Notes: generated from the letters alone by a model not told the origin. A stretch of 64,000 nucleotides of DNA from an uncultured bacterium (GCA_963704645.1 OY969926.1:640001-704000), one strand, 5' to 3'; numbered from the stretch's first letter, positions 10,055 to 19,059 are shown. Numbers and translations are program-made.

Positions 10055-10561
10055 TTATCCAAATTTGAGTCTAATTACGGGTGTAACCCATTTTTCGCTC
10101 CAGTACCAACCAGATTGCGATCGGCACAAAATATTATTGTAACGATTCCTGAAGAAGATTCCATTTGCAGGTTCGTCTTCATGTATGGTTGTTTTTGGAA
10201 ACGAAACAGCCCTTCGTAATTTACACTCAGGCTCAACTTCAATAAATTCAAGTTCTTCACCTTGATTTAACAACCAATTTGTGAAAGGCCCTATTCCATT
10301 GTTTTCAAGTCCGAGAAGCTCCAAAATCTTGTTTTGATCAGAGCTGTTTAAGTCTTCAAAACGCACTTCGCCATTAGAATCTTCTGACCACACAACTTGA
10401 ATTTCTTCAGCATTTGGGTCAAGGCAAAGTTGATGCTCATTATACTGCTCGCCTGGAACATTCGGCTTCCAGTATGGTATAGCACCGCACTGAAAATAAA
10501 TTTGTTTTAAGCAAGTCACTTTATTTTTCGCGACAGGCTGACCTTCGATTGGTTTAATCAA
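10055..10561 (-). CDS. Cassette protein 1, unrecognised paralogous family
   Basis: AGGAG upstream of TTG start (MIKPIEGQPV); shares motifs with ORFs at 10705, 13300 and 14002. Confidence 0.8.
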   Translation of the reverse strand: MIKPIEGQPVAKNKVTCLKQIYFQCGAIPYWKPNVPGEQYNEHQLCLDPNAEEIQVVWSEDSNGEVRFEDLNSSDQNKILELLGLENNGIGPFTNWLLNQGEELEFIEVEPECKLRRAVSFPKTTIHEDEPANGIFFRNRYNNILCRSQSGWYWSEKWVTPVIRLKFG

Positions 10562-10704
10562 AATCTTTTCTCCTTCCAAAAATATAAATGTTGTTTTGAT
10601 TAAGCTAGTCTAATCTTCAAAAGCAAAGCATAAAAATTGGGGTTGGGCAAGGGTTTTGGGCAGTAAAAAAGCACCACATCATAGAATAGATGGGTACTTT
10701 TGAT

Positions 10705-11253
10705 TTAAACACAATTTATATCTTTTACTTCAATAATACTAGGACTTTTTTTAGACATGAAAACAAAATTTTGAATAGTTGGAGTTATCAACAGATCTGT
10801 CTTCCAAGATAAAAAGTAGTCCGTCCAGCCTGTAAACCCTATATACTGTCTACGGTCTGGTTTAGAAATTATTCTCTCAACCCTGGTTTCAGACATTAGA
10901 GTTGGAAACTCATTTACAACTTCTCTTACGACTGCTTCTCCAGTGAGAATTTTCACAAATAGTGAATGGACAGGAATATCAAGAAGATTTAAAACCTTAT
11001 TTTTTCCATCATCCGAAAGGTTGTTGAAATGTGTCGAATTTTGTTCGGTATTAACACAATCTAATTTAGACCATGCAATTTCGCCTGACTCAGCTTCAAT
11101 ACACAAGGAGTATTTAACTTGGGTAGAAACATTGTACTCTGGGTGAATTGAACTTTCTTCACTGCCAAAACAAATAAACAACAAAGAATTTTGTTTATCA
11201 TCATTTTCAATAAAAACAGGTAAACCGTTTTGATAATTAACTTCATACCCCAT
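10705..11253 (-). CDS. Cassette protein 2, same family in N-terminal half
   Basis: AGGAG SD before MGYEV; ICFG, SLC, W, F..L.....KVL.LL motifs. Confidence 0.8.
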   Translation of the reverse strand: MGYEVNYQNGLPVFIENDDKQNSLLFICFGSEESSIHPEYNVSTQVKYSLCIEAESGEIAWSKLDCVNTEQNSTHFNNLSDDGKNKVLNLLDIPVHSLFVKILTGEAVVREVVNEFPTLMSETRVERIISKPDRRQYIGFTGWTDYFLSWKTDLLITPTIQNFVFMSKKSPSIIEVKDINCV

Positions 11254-11396
11254 TATCGATCTCCTAATTAATTTTGCAAGCCGTATATACATTACATAAA
11301 AATTGGGTTTTGGCAAGGGGCTTTGGGCAATAAAAAAGCACCTCACCATTAAAATTGGATTGGTGCTTAAACTTTTTGCCTAAAAAGCGTGCTTGC

Positions 11397-11987
11397 TTAT
11401 TTCCTTAAAACCAATCCCAGATCTGTGATATCTGCTCTTTGGTTAAAAGCAAAAGCTAAAGCTGGTTCGGCTTTTATTTCTGCAAATGCCACACTTTTTT
11501 GTCCTTTTTGTATAAAGTCACTTGTTCCCAATCCTCTGCCCTTGCTATCTACAAGTAGCAATACAGTTGAGGGAATTGGTTCAGCTGTTTCTTCAGGAAT
11601 TTCCAGCCAGTAAATGTTAGCTTTTCTGGTGCGTGGAATGCTGAGTACATCTTTAGTATCTAAGGTAAAACCGCCGATATACTTGTGTTCACCAGTACTT
11701 TCAAAGTATAAAACCTTGAAGTTGTTTTCCGTTAAGGTGGATGCAATTACTACAGAACCAAACTTTCTTTTGTGTAGTGAAAAATATTCTACACCTTTGT
11801 ATTCTTCCGCAATAAGAAAAGTATCCTGATTGTTTTCTGACTTGATACTCAATGTGTTTTGAATATGCTGAATCTGTGCATTGAGTGATGTGGCTTTAAA
11901 ACCAAAAAACTCTTGAACGGGGTGCAAGCTTAGAGTAATTGCTAAAATTACTGCTACAAAAAATAACTTCCAAAAATTCTTCGGCAT
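11397..11987 (-). CDS. Cassette protein 3, signal-peptide/TM hypothetical protein
   Basis: GGAGG SD before MPKNFWKLFFVAVILAITLSL. Confidence 0.75.
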   Translation of the reverse strand: MPKNFWKLFFVAVILAITLSLHPVQEFFGFKATSLNAQIQHIQNTLSIKSENNQDTFLIAEEYKGVEYFSLHKRKFGSVVIASTLTENNFKVLYFESTGEHKYIGGFTLDTKDVLSIPRTRKANIYWLEIPEETAEPIPSTVLLLVDSKGRGLGTSDFIQKGQKSVAFAEIKAEPALAFAFNQRADITDLGLVLRK

Positions 11988-12068
11988 GCTAGAAACCTCC
12001 AATAGTAAATTTTTTCAAAAAAACTAGCTTTTTGTTTATTACACAAAATTGTTTGTAAGGCAAGTGGT

Positions 12069-13207
12069 TGTACCCGTTCACTACATATGATACTTAGGAT
12101 GGTATTGTTGTAGGTATTTCATTGGTGGTATAAATTGTCCAATATCTCTTTTTAAACCCAGATGTGGTCTTTGGTTATTGTAGAAGTCTAGGTACATGAT
12201 TAATTTTAGATTAAAAGCTTGTATATCATCTCTTAGTATCCATAGATTATAATTAGCAAACTCTTCTTCCACACTTCTATTGAATCTTTCTATGTAAGCA
12301 TTCATTTTAGGAGATTTAGGATAGTTCCAGAAATGAGTAATATCTTTAAATTTTAACAGTTCATCAAAGTTCTTATGATTTTCTTGTCCATTGTCTGTCT
12401 GAACTCTTTTAATCTGGTAAGGGAATACATCTTGCATTCTTAAGAAGAAGTCTTTTGTACTATTACTACTTAATGTTTTGTAAGCATATACGAAAGAATA
12501 TCTACTAACTAGATCTACAGCACAGATTAAATATCTTTTTACTCCATTAAGATAAAAGGTTATTGCGTCTAATTGAATTAGATCTCCTGGGCTATTAGGC
12601 TGGTATTCTTTTCTTCTGGTTTTAACTTGCTTCCTAGGTTTTAGTAGTCTTTGTTTAATACTTCCTGTTCTACCGTCTAAATAGACTTGCTTTGAGTATT
12701 TGTAGACTGGTATTATTCTTTGATCTTTAAAAGTAGATATTATTCTGCCGATAGTTGAAATTGAAATAGTTTTTAGTGTTTTACTTGTTTCTTTTAGATT
12801 TTGTTCTGCACAGTAATCATCTAACAATACTTTAAGTTTGTCTTTACCTAGATTAGGATATTGCAATCTAGTTTGTTGAATAAACTCAAGTATTCTCCCT
12901 TGTACATTTGACTGTCTAAATTTATTAGGTCTTTTGCTTTTATCCTTTAAATCGTATTTGTTACCAGCTCCATAATTAAGTTCACAACTTTTTCTCCATT
13001 TCTTCCTCCACCTAATTAAAGTTATTCTGGAAAGTTTACGATTTGAATCTAGAGATAATGCTTCTAATGTAGAATTAATACCATGCTTAAATGAGTATTC
13101 AATTATTTTAAATTTATCTTCCAAAGTGTAAGACATGATCATATGATAGTAGATTTAGGATTATTAATCTACCACCCTTTGGTATCATATGTGTTTGGAC
13201 TTGTTCA
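12069..13207 (-). mobile_element. IS481-like insertion sequence with 5-bp target duplication GTGGT
   Basis: Imperfect TIRs tgtacccgttcactacatatgata / tatcatatgtgtttggacttgttca; gtggt at 12064-12068 and 13208-13212. Confidence 0.85.
12081..13142 (-). CDS. DDE (rve integrase core) transposase, IS481-like
   Basis: PGDLIQLD, VQTDNGQE, SPKMNAYIERFNRS, YNNQRPH. Confidence 0.9.
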   Translation of the reverse strand: MIMSYTLEDKFKIIEYSFKHGINSTLEALSLDSNRKLSRITLIRWRKKWRKSCELNYGAGNKYDLKDKSKRPNKFRQSNVQGRILEFIQQTRLQYPNLGKDKLKVLLDDYCAEQNLKETSKTLKTISISTIGRIISTFKDQRIIPVYKYSKQVYLDGRTGSIKQRLLKPRKQVKTRRKEYQPNSPGDLIQLDAITFYLNGVKRYLICAVDLVSRYSFVYAYKTLSSNSTKDFFLRMQDVFPYQIKRVQTDNGQENHKNFDELLKFKDITHFWNYPKSPKMNAYIERFNRSVEEEFANYNLWILRDDIQAFNLKLIMYLDFYNNQRPHLGLKRDIGQFIPPMKYLQQYHPKYHM

Positions 13208-13299
13208 GTGGTATTGTTTTAGGGCAATAAAAAAGCACCGCTCCTTAAGTTAGGTTTACGGTGCATTACTATGTGTTGAATTAAATTGAGGAAAAAGAT

Positions 13300-13809
13300 C
13301 TACCCCATATTCTCAACACGACTAATGGTATAATCTTTAGCAATATGGTAAGGCAAAAACTCCCATACATCTGTGGCTTTATACCGGCAGAGAAGTTTGT
13401 CTGGTTTTCCTTTTTTAATCGATCGGATTTGAATTGGGTTGTTCATTTCGTTACTTACAAAACTGCCAACACGCGTTGGTTCATTGCAATGCATCGAAAG
13501 TTCTAAACCTTTTCCTGTTTTAAGGAATTCAACAATTGGTTGGTATTGCCACATTCCAACAGAATCTAAAACATTTTCTTGAGTGCTGCAATCTAAAGTC
13601 CGAAATATTAGTTGCGTTTGAGGTACGTGGTGTTTGTTAATCCAAACTAACTCTCTGTTAGTTCTGCACAAAACCATTGTTTCGCCAACCTCAAGCGGTA
13701 TCCAGGTGAGTAAAAATTGCATATTTGAATTTCCACCAAACACCAAAACCTCGTCAGCAGTGTTCTGCTCGTCAACAGGTTGACCTTCAATAGTTTTTCG
13801 TATAGGCAT
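13300..13809 (-). CDS. Cassette protein 4, unrecognised paralogous family
   Basis: GGAG SD before MPIRKTIEGQPV; LCR..W, FL.TG.GLE, LLCR....W. Confidence 0.8.
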   Translation of the reverse strand: MPIRKTIEGQPVDEQNTADEVLVFGGNSNMQFLLTWIPLEVGETMVLCRTNRELVWINKHHVPQTQLIFRTLDCSTQENVLDSVGMWQYQPIVEFLKTGKGLELSMHCNEPTRVGSFVSNEMNNPIQIRSIKKGKPDKLLCRYKATDVWEFLPYHIAKDYTISRVENMG

Positions 13810-14001
13810 AGCCGTCTCCACTGTTCCAAAATAAAAAATTACAATTAAGTTTCCCTAATCTTTCAAAGAAAAGCATAGAAATTGGCTTTAGGCAAGAAAG
13901 TGTTGCAATAAAAAAGCACCGTTCCTGAAAGGCAGGTTTACGGCGCTGAATTTGATTTTAAATTTGATGAAAATGAAGAAATTAGTTTTGAAAGCTAATT
14001 G

Positions 14002-14526
14002 TTAATTGTCACTAACATTCCAAATTTGTCCTGGGTCGTGGGCATAAAATTGCCATTTGTTAGTTTTATAGAGTCGACAAAGCCATTCTGGTCCAAGATT
14101 TGTGGTTCTATACACAATTGGGTAAGTTACTGCCTCATGGTCATTTTTTGGTCTGGTCCCTGCTTTGTGCAAATCATTACCTTGCAATGCTTCATCTGAA
14201 AATTCCAAACCATTTCCATTCACTAAATAGTGAAAAAATAATTCGCTTCCTCCAAGTTTGGACACAATTTCATCTTGCGATTGTTTTCCAAGCTCAGATA
14301 TGTGCAAACAGCTGTTTTCGGTTTCTCGTGAAAGTTCGTCTACACTTACCCAGCCAAAGTTGACCAGGTTTCCATCCAAAACCCTACACAGAAACATAGG
14401 TGTATCTTGTAGTGGAATCTTCCACATTGCAATAATCGGTTTAGTTGCATCTCCAAAACAAATTAGAGTAGCATTTTCACCAGCACCAGAAATTACTAGC
14501 TGTTCTTCCACTAGTTTTGTTTTCAT
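14002..14526 (-). CDS. Cassette protein 5, unrecognised paralogous family
   Basis: AAGGGG SD; ICFG, FLCR, YL.NG.GLEF, WLCR....W. Confidence 0.8.
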   Translation of the reverse strand: MKTKLVEEQLVISGAGENATLICFGDATKPIIAMWKIPLQDTPMFLCRVLDGNLVNFGWVSVDELSRETENSCLHISELGKQSQDEIVSKLGGSELFFHYLVNGNGLEFSDEALQGNDLHKAGTRPKNDHEAVTYPIVYRTTNLGPEWLCRLYKTNKWQFYAHDPGQIWNVSDN

Positions 14527-14692
14527 CTTCTTTTTCCCCTTTTTAAATTGTAAATTGATTTGCGGTTAAGTTTTCCTCAATCTTTTAAATTAGAGCATAG
14601 AAATTAAGGTTGTGCAAGGGTTATAGTCCAATAAAAAACCCTCTGTGTTGCAGAAGGTAGTGATTTATTTTAACCTATAATTTCTTTAAATA

Positions 14693-15208
14693 TTACATTA
14701 TAGTTGGTTCTACTTTTTTATTGTAGAATATATAAAATAATCCTAAATAAATTAGAGATGTAGCTATGCAAATCTCATTGGCATAAACAGTGGCGTAATT
14801 AAAACCTCCTGGCCACAATCCAAAGAAGTTAAAATTAGAAAGTCCAGCAAATATTAATATTAAAAGACTTGCACCGCTCTGTAAATAGGCATACCCCGTC
14901 TTTAAGTCTGTTAAATAAATTAGCAACTCTGCTAAGCTAACTGCTGACGAAATTGTCATTGATAGTGCCATGAAATAAAATAAACCTTGTGGGCTTAATA
15001 AATTGTAAGCACAGGTAGCGAAAATACCTAAGAAAAACAAGCTTACACTTTTCATGCCATTGTACTTTCCGCTGACGAAAAAATGATGAGTACAATATAT
15101 GTTTACTAATATGAAGGAAGCTACGCAGAACCATGAAATTGGCGATGTGCTTAGTACTATTAGCCAAAGATTATTTAGTTGTGCTGAATAGTTTAAACCA
15201 ACTGTCAT
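14693..15208 (-). CDS. Cassette protein 6, polytopic membrane protein
   Basis: About five hydrophobic segments; AGGA upstream of MTVGL. Confidence 0.7.
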   Translation of the reverse strand: MTVGLNYSAQLNNLWLIVLSTSPISWFCVASFILVNIYCTHHFFVSGKYNGMKSVSLFFLGIFATCAYNLLSPQGLFYFMALSMTISSAVSLAELLIYLTDLKTGYAYLQSGASLLILIFAGLSNFNFFGLWPGGFNYATVYANEICIATSLIYLGLFYIFYNKKVEPTIM

Positions 15209-15452
15209 TTGTTTTGTCCTAAAATAGGTTAACTTCCTTTTTAAATCATAGAAAAGGGCTAATGTCAAAAATCTATTTCGTTTAATTAAATAACTAAAAA
15301 CAGCTTTATGAAACTTTGTTAGTTAATTAGAATTATCTTAATTATTTGCACAAGATTCTAGTAATAATATTAAAAATTATACATGTGCAAGGGTTTTTGG
15401 ACAATAAAAAAAGCACCCTAACCATCGAACTAGGTTGGGTGTTTTCTGGAGC

Positions 15453-15677
15453 TTAGTCCATTCCAATGAAATCTTTAACTCTCTGTGTCATTGCGTGATC
15501 AAGACTGGTTAGTTCGATTTCACCATCAACCTTTGCTGCTTCGCAATGAAACACAAGTTGACTTTCAGAACTGACTGATACTACAGTTCCAGCAGTAAGT
15601 GAAACACGTTCTCCACCTACTAGAACTGCATTTACAGTTTCTGTCATTCCAATATTTACTGCTTCTATAACTTGCAT
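15453..15677 (-). CDS. Cassette protein 7, 74-aa protein, possibly a single-domain family member
   Basis: GGAG SD, own promoter and terminator; C-terminal LTSLDHAMTQRVKDFIG resembles FEDLNSSDQNKILELLG. Confidence 0.75.
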   Translation of the reverse strand: MQVIEAVNIGMTETVNAVLVGGERVSLTAGTVVSVSSESQLVFHCEAAKVDGEIELTSLDHAMTQRVKDFIGMD

Positions 15678-15838
15678 AATAAACTTCTCTCCAACGTAAA
15701 TGTGTATGATGGTATTATACCGATCCTTGTAAGATAAACAGAAAAGTTTAAACTAGGCAAGTAACTGAATAAACAAAGGTAATAAAAACCCTTTAATACT
15801 TGACTAAACTTACCACTAAAATCACTTTTAGGTTAATT

Positions 15839-18328
15839 ATGCCTTTGCCTTCTGCGTACAATCCTAAGGAATATGAATACCAAATTTACCAGGAATGGTT
15901 GAAGTTAAAGCTTGGATCTCCAGAGGTGCAGGAGGAAATTCAGGCTACCCCGAAACCTTTGGTTTCACCCCTTACCAGGGGTACTGGTGAGCTGGATTAT
16001 AACGATGTTGGTAATGCCAACAATGGCGGTGTGGTCGCCTCATCTACGGATACATACTCTGTTGTGGTGCCTCCGCCAAATCTGACTGGGGATTTGCATA
16101 TGGGACATGCTTTTGAGCATTATTTAATGGATACTTTGGTTCGAATTGCCCGTCAGGAAGGTAAAACAACTTTATATTACCCAGGGGTTGATCACGCTGG
16201 AATTCAGCTGGAAGGTGTTATAAATAAGTTGATAAATAAAGGTGAGTTTGATGAGCAAATTAAACAATTAGATAATCTTACTAGTAACCAAACCAATGCT
16301 AAAGTTTCTGACTTTTTTAATTTTGATACTGCAGATAGAGCTAACTTTTTAAAACAAAATTTTCCTGAAACTTGGCTACAATTTGCTTGGTCAAAAGTGC
16401 GTGTTTGGCGTGGTAACCAACTAAAACAAGCTGAAAAACTTGGCGATTCACCCGATTTTGACCGTTTACTTTTCACCCTAGATCCAAGAGCTGTGGATAT
16501 GGTAAACTATGCTTTTATTAAGTACTGGCAAGACGGTTTAATTCACAAAGGTTCCTATTTAATTAACTGGTCGGTAGCTTTGCAAACTGCTTTGTCTGAC
16601 GTTCCCGAAGATATTTCCCACGAAGAAAGGAAGGATCCGTTTGTTACTTTTGAGTATGTTAATCAAGGGTCTGTTGTTACATGGGTAGAAAACTCATCAA
16701 AGTTTAATGATGACAATAAAATTCGCATAATGAACAATGCAATAATGAGAATTAAGGTGGCAACAGTTAGGCCTGAAACTGTATTTGGGGATGTTGCTTT
16801 GGCTGTAAACAAGAATATCTTTAGAAATAAATTGCTAAGTTATGAAGACTCATCTTTTGGCAGATTAACTTCTCAAGATGTTGAAAATATTATCTATGAT
16901 ATTGAAAATGGTTATATAAAAATTAAATACATGATCAAAGGCTTGATCTCTAATATTAAATTAATTTTAGGAGAAGACGACGAAGTTGATCCAAACTTTG
17001 GAACGGGGGCTTTAAAAATTACGCCTGCTTCAGATATTGTAGATTATAATATTGCTGTTAAACATGGAATTTCCCATTTACCTCAGTCTGTTGGTAGAGA
17101 TGGAAAACTTACAGAAATCTGCGGCGAGTTTGCAGGTTTAACTGTAGAGCATGGTAGAATGGCAGTTATTAAAAGGTTAATTGAAGATGGTCATGTACCA
17201 ACAGTTGAAGGTTTTGAAGAAAACAGGGAAAGTGTGCAGAATAAACCTTCCGTAGAAAAATTATCTGACCCTGAATTTAGAAGTTTAAGCCTTGAAAAAC
17301 AGAAAGAATATTTGCAGAAAAACTATCCTCAATATCAAGTTGATTGGAATTATGTTCACAATGTTACAATTTGCGAACGCAGCAAGACAGTTGTAGAACC
17401 ATTAATTAGTGAAGAGTTTTTTGTAGATTATTACGCCAAGTTTAAATTTAACCCAAAGATTAATTCAAAAAATCAAAACACCAAAGTACCCCTGGTAAGG
17501 GGTGAAACCGTAGGTTTCGGGGTAGCAATTGGCCAGGAAACAAGCCTACAACAATTGGCTATTGCTGGAATTCATAAGACAAATTTCTTTCCTGAAGATT
17601 ATAAGGAAAGGGCTTTGAATTATTTTGAGACTATTAAAAATTGGTGTATTTCCCGTGATTTAATTTGGGGACATAATATGCCGGTTTGGTATAATTTAGA
17701 TGTGAATCCAGAGCGCAGGTTTTATTCGTTTAAGGAAATACAAACTCAAAATGGAAATGGAGACCAGGAGGTCTCCGCTACGGATCGATTCAAAATTCAG
17801 GTTGAAAAACCTGCTGAGCCTGGAAATTGGGTTCAAGAAACTAAAATTTTAGACACTTGGTTTAGTTCAACACTGTGGCCGCTTACAACGCTTAACTTTT
17901 TAGATTTTGCCAATGGTAAACAAGGAACTGATTTTGAAAAGTTTTACCCAACCCAAACTATGACTACTGCTAAGGAAATTTTCTATGCCTGGATTGTACG
18001 TATGATTATGACTGGAATGTACTTTGCTGGACAAACTCCGTTTGAAAATTATTTGGCTCACGCTTGGGTGTTAGACGATAAAGGTAAAAAAATGAGTAAA
18101 AGTTTAGGAAATGTAATTGATGTTGCCGATCAAATTGAAAAATATTCATCCGATGCTGTTCGTTTGGGTATGTTAGAAAAAAGTATTCCTGGAAGAAATA
18201 TTAGATTCGGTGGAAAATTAGGTGATGCAGCCAGCGAAAAATATCGTAATTTTGGGAATAAATTATGGAACGTAGCTAGGTTTTTGGAAGGGAAGGAAGG
18301 GGATATTGTAGGCAATACTATTATCTAG
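15839..18328 (+). CDS. valS: Valyl-tRNA synthetase, N-terminal (catalytic + editing) part
   Basis: PPPNLTGDLHMGHA, PGVDHAGI, ATVRPET, GTGALKITPASD, WCISR..WGH, DTWFSS, KMSKSLGN; ends just after NKLWNVARFL. Confidence 0.95.
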   Translation: MPLPSAYNPKEYEYQIYQEWLKLKLGSPEVQEEIQATPKPLVSPLTRGTGELDYNDVGNANNGGVVASSTDTYSVVVPPPNLTGDLHMGHAFEHYLMDTLVRIARQEGKTTLYYPGVDHAGIQLEGVINKLINKGEFDEQIKQLDNLTSNQTNAKVSDFFNFDTADRANFLKQNFPETWLQFAWSKVRVWRGNQLKQAEKLGDSPDFDRLLFTLDPRAVDMVNYAFIKYWQDGLIHKGSYLINWSVALQTALSDVPEDISHEERKDPFVTFEYVNQGSVVTWVENSSKFNDDNKIRIMNNAIMRIKVATVRPETVFGDVALAVNKNIFRNKLLSYEDSSFGRLTSQDVENIIYDIENGYIKIKYMIKGLISNIKLILGEDDEVDPNFGTGALKITPASDIVDYNIAVKHGISHLPQSVGRDGKLTEICGEFAGLTVEHGRMAVIKRLIEDGHVPTVEGFEENRESVQNKPSVEKLSDPEFRSLSLEKQKEYLQKNYPQYQVDWNYVHNVTICERSKTVVEPLISEEFFVDYYAKFKFNPKINSKNQNTKVPLVRGETVGFGVAIGQETSLQQLAIAGIHKTNFFPEDYKERALNYFETIKNWCISRDLIWGHNMPVWYNLDVNPERRFYSFKEIQTQNGNGDQEVSATDRFKIQVEKPAEPGNWVQETKILDTWFSSTLWPLTTLNFLDFANGKQGTDFEKFYPTQTMTTAKEIFYAWIVRMIMTGMYFAGQTPFENYLAHAWVLDDKGKKMSKSLGNVIDVADQIEKYSSDAVRLGMLEKSIPGRNIRFGGKLGDAASEKYRNFGNKLWNVARFLEGKEGDIVGNTII
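15944..15985 (+). repeat. 42-bp double-hairpin palindromic repeat, copy A, in-frame in valS
   Basis: gctaccccgaaacctttggtttcaccccttaccaggggtact; 40/42 identical to reverse complement of 17485-17526. Confidence 0.9.
17485..17526 (-). repeat. 42-bp palindromic repeat, copy B, in-frame in valS
   Basis: Inverted copy of 15944-15985. Confidence 0.9.
17759..17781 (-). repeat. GTAG-type REP-like palindrome in-frame in valS
   Basis: Minus strand gtagcGGAGACCtcctGGTCTCC; a related degenerate element lies at 16025-16047. Confidence 0.65.
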
Positions 18329-18370
18329 ACTACCCCCAAGCCTTTGGTTTGAGCCCTAAATAGGGGTGCT
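18329..18370 (+). repeat. 42-bp palindromic repeat, degenerate copy C, directly after the valS-N stop codon
   Basis: 33/42 identical to copy A without gaps. Confidence 0.75.
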
Positions 18371-18513
18371 GTTAAAATAAATCTATTATCTCTGCTTACA
18401 AAACCACATCACAATGCTGCAAGATGTTCAGCCCTCTTTAGAGGGTAACTCTCTGGAGAAATTATGCCTAAAGTAATTTTAAGATAAAACAAAAACTTCA
18501 ATTCATTTCTAGT

Positions 18514-19059
18514 ATGATTCAACCTCACAAAATAATTTATTCTTCCAGAAGAACTTTGGCCTTAGAAGTAAAATCTACAGGACAGGTTATTGTGCGCTCT
18601 CCAAAACGAGTAGGGCTAGATTATATTCAAAAATTTGTAGCTGGTAGGCAAGATTGGCTTTCAAAAGTAATAGAAAAAATGTCTGCAAGAAAAGTTGTGT
18701 TAAAACCTTGGTCTAATTTTTCTGGGGCAGAATTACAACAAGCTAAGAAACAAGCAAAAGCTTTATTTGAAGAGGAGTTAAGGCAATATTCAAACCAAAT
18801 GGGTTGTGCTTATACGAAGTTAAGATTGTCTTCTGCTAAAACCAGATGGGGTTCTTGTTCTTCCAATGGAACAATTTCTATTAATTTTGCATTGTATTTT
18901 GCCCCAGTAGAGATTAGACATTATGTAATTATTCACGAACTGGCTCATGTGAAACACCCAAACCACAGTAGTAGGTTTTGGAATTTTGTGTATCAATTCG
19001 ACCCAATTTGGAAGACACATCGAGGTTGGTTGAAACAGCATGGCAGTTGGTTGGGGTAG
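18514..19059 (+). CDS. YgjP-like/DUF45 (M48-related) metal-dependent hydrolase
   Basis: KTRWGSCSS, YVIIHELAH..HPNHS..FW. Confidence 0.9.
   Translation: MIQPHKIIYSSRRTLALEVKSTGQVIVRSPKRVGLDYIQKFVAGRQDWLSKVIEKMSARKVVLKPWSNFSGAELQQAKKQAKALFEEELRQYSNQMGCAYTKLRLSSAKTRWGSCSSNGTISINFALYFAPVEIRHYVIIHELAHVKHPNHSSRFWNFVYQFDPIWKTHRGWLKQHGSWLG

Larger units (their letters stand above)
9999..15760 (-). repeat. Array of eight related terminator/promoter junction modules (about 9999, 10622, 11288, 12035/13208, 13863, 14589, 15362, 15732)
   Basis: Recurrent plus-strand motif gcatag/aaaatt..N..g(g/t)gcaag..ttt.gggcaataaaaaagcacc-hairpin between every gene. Confidence 0.9.

Noticed and set aside
10055-15677. 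Prophage
   Set aside because: No structural, terminase, replication or integrase genes recognised.
9999-15760. Classical integron or CRISPR array
   Set aside because: No tyrosine recombinase or cas gene in the window, no attC core sites noticed, the repeats are degenerate and the intervening sequences are whole genes.
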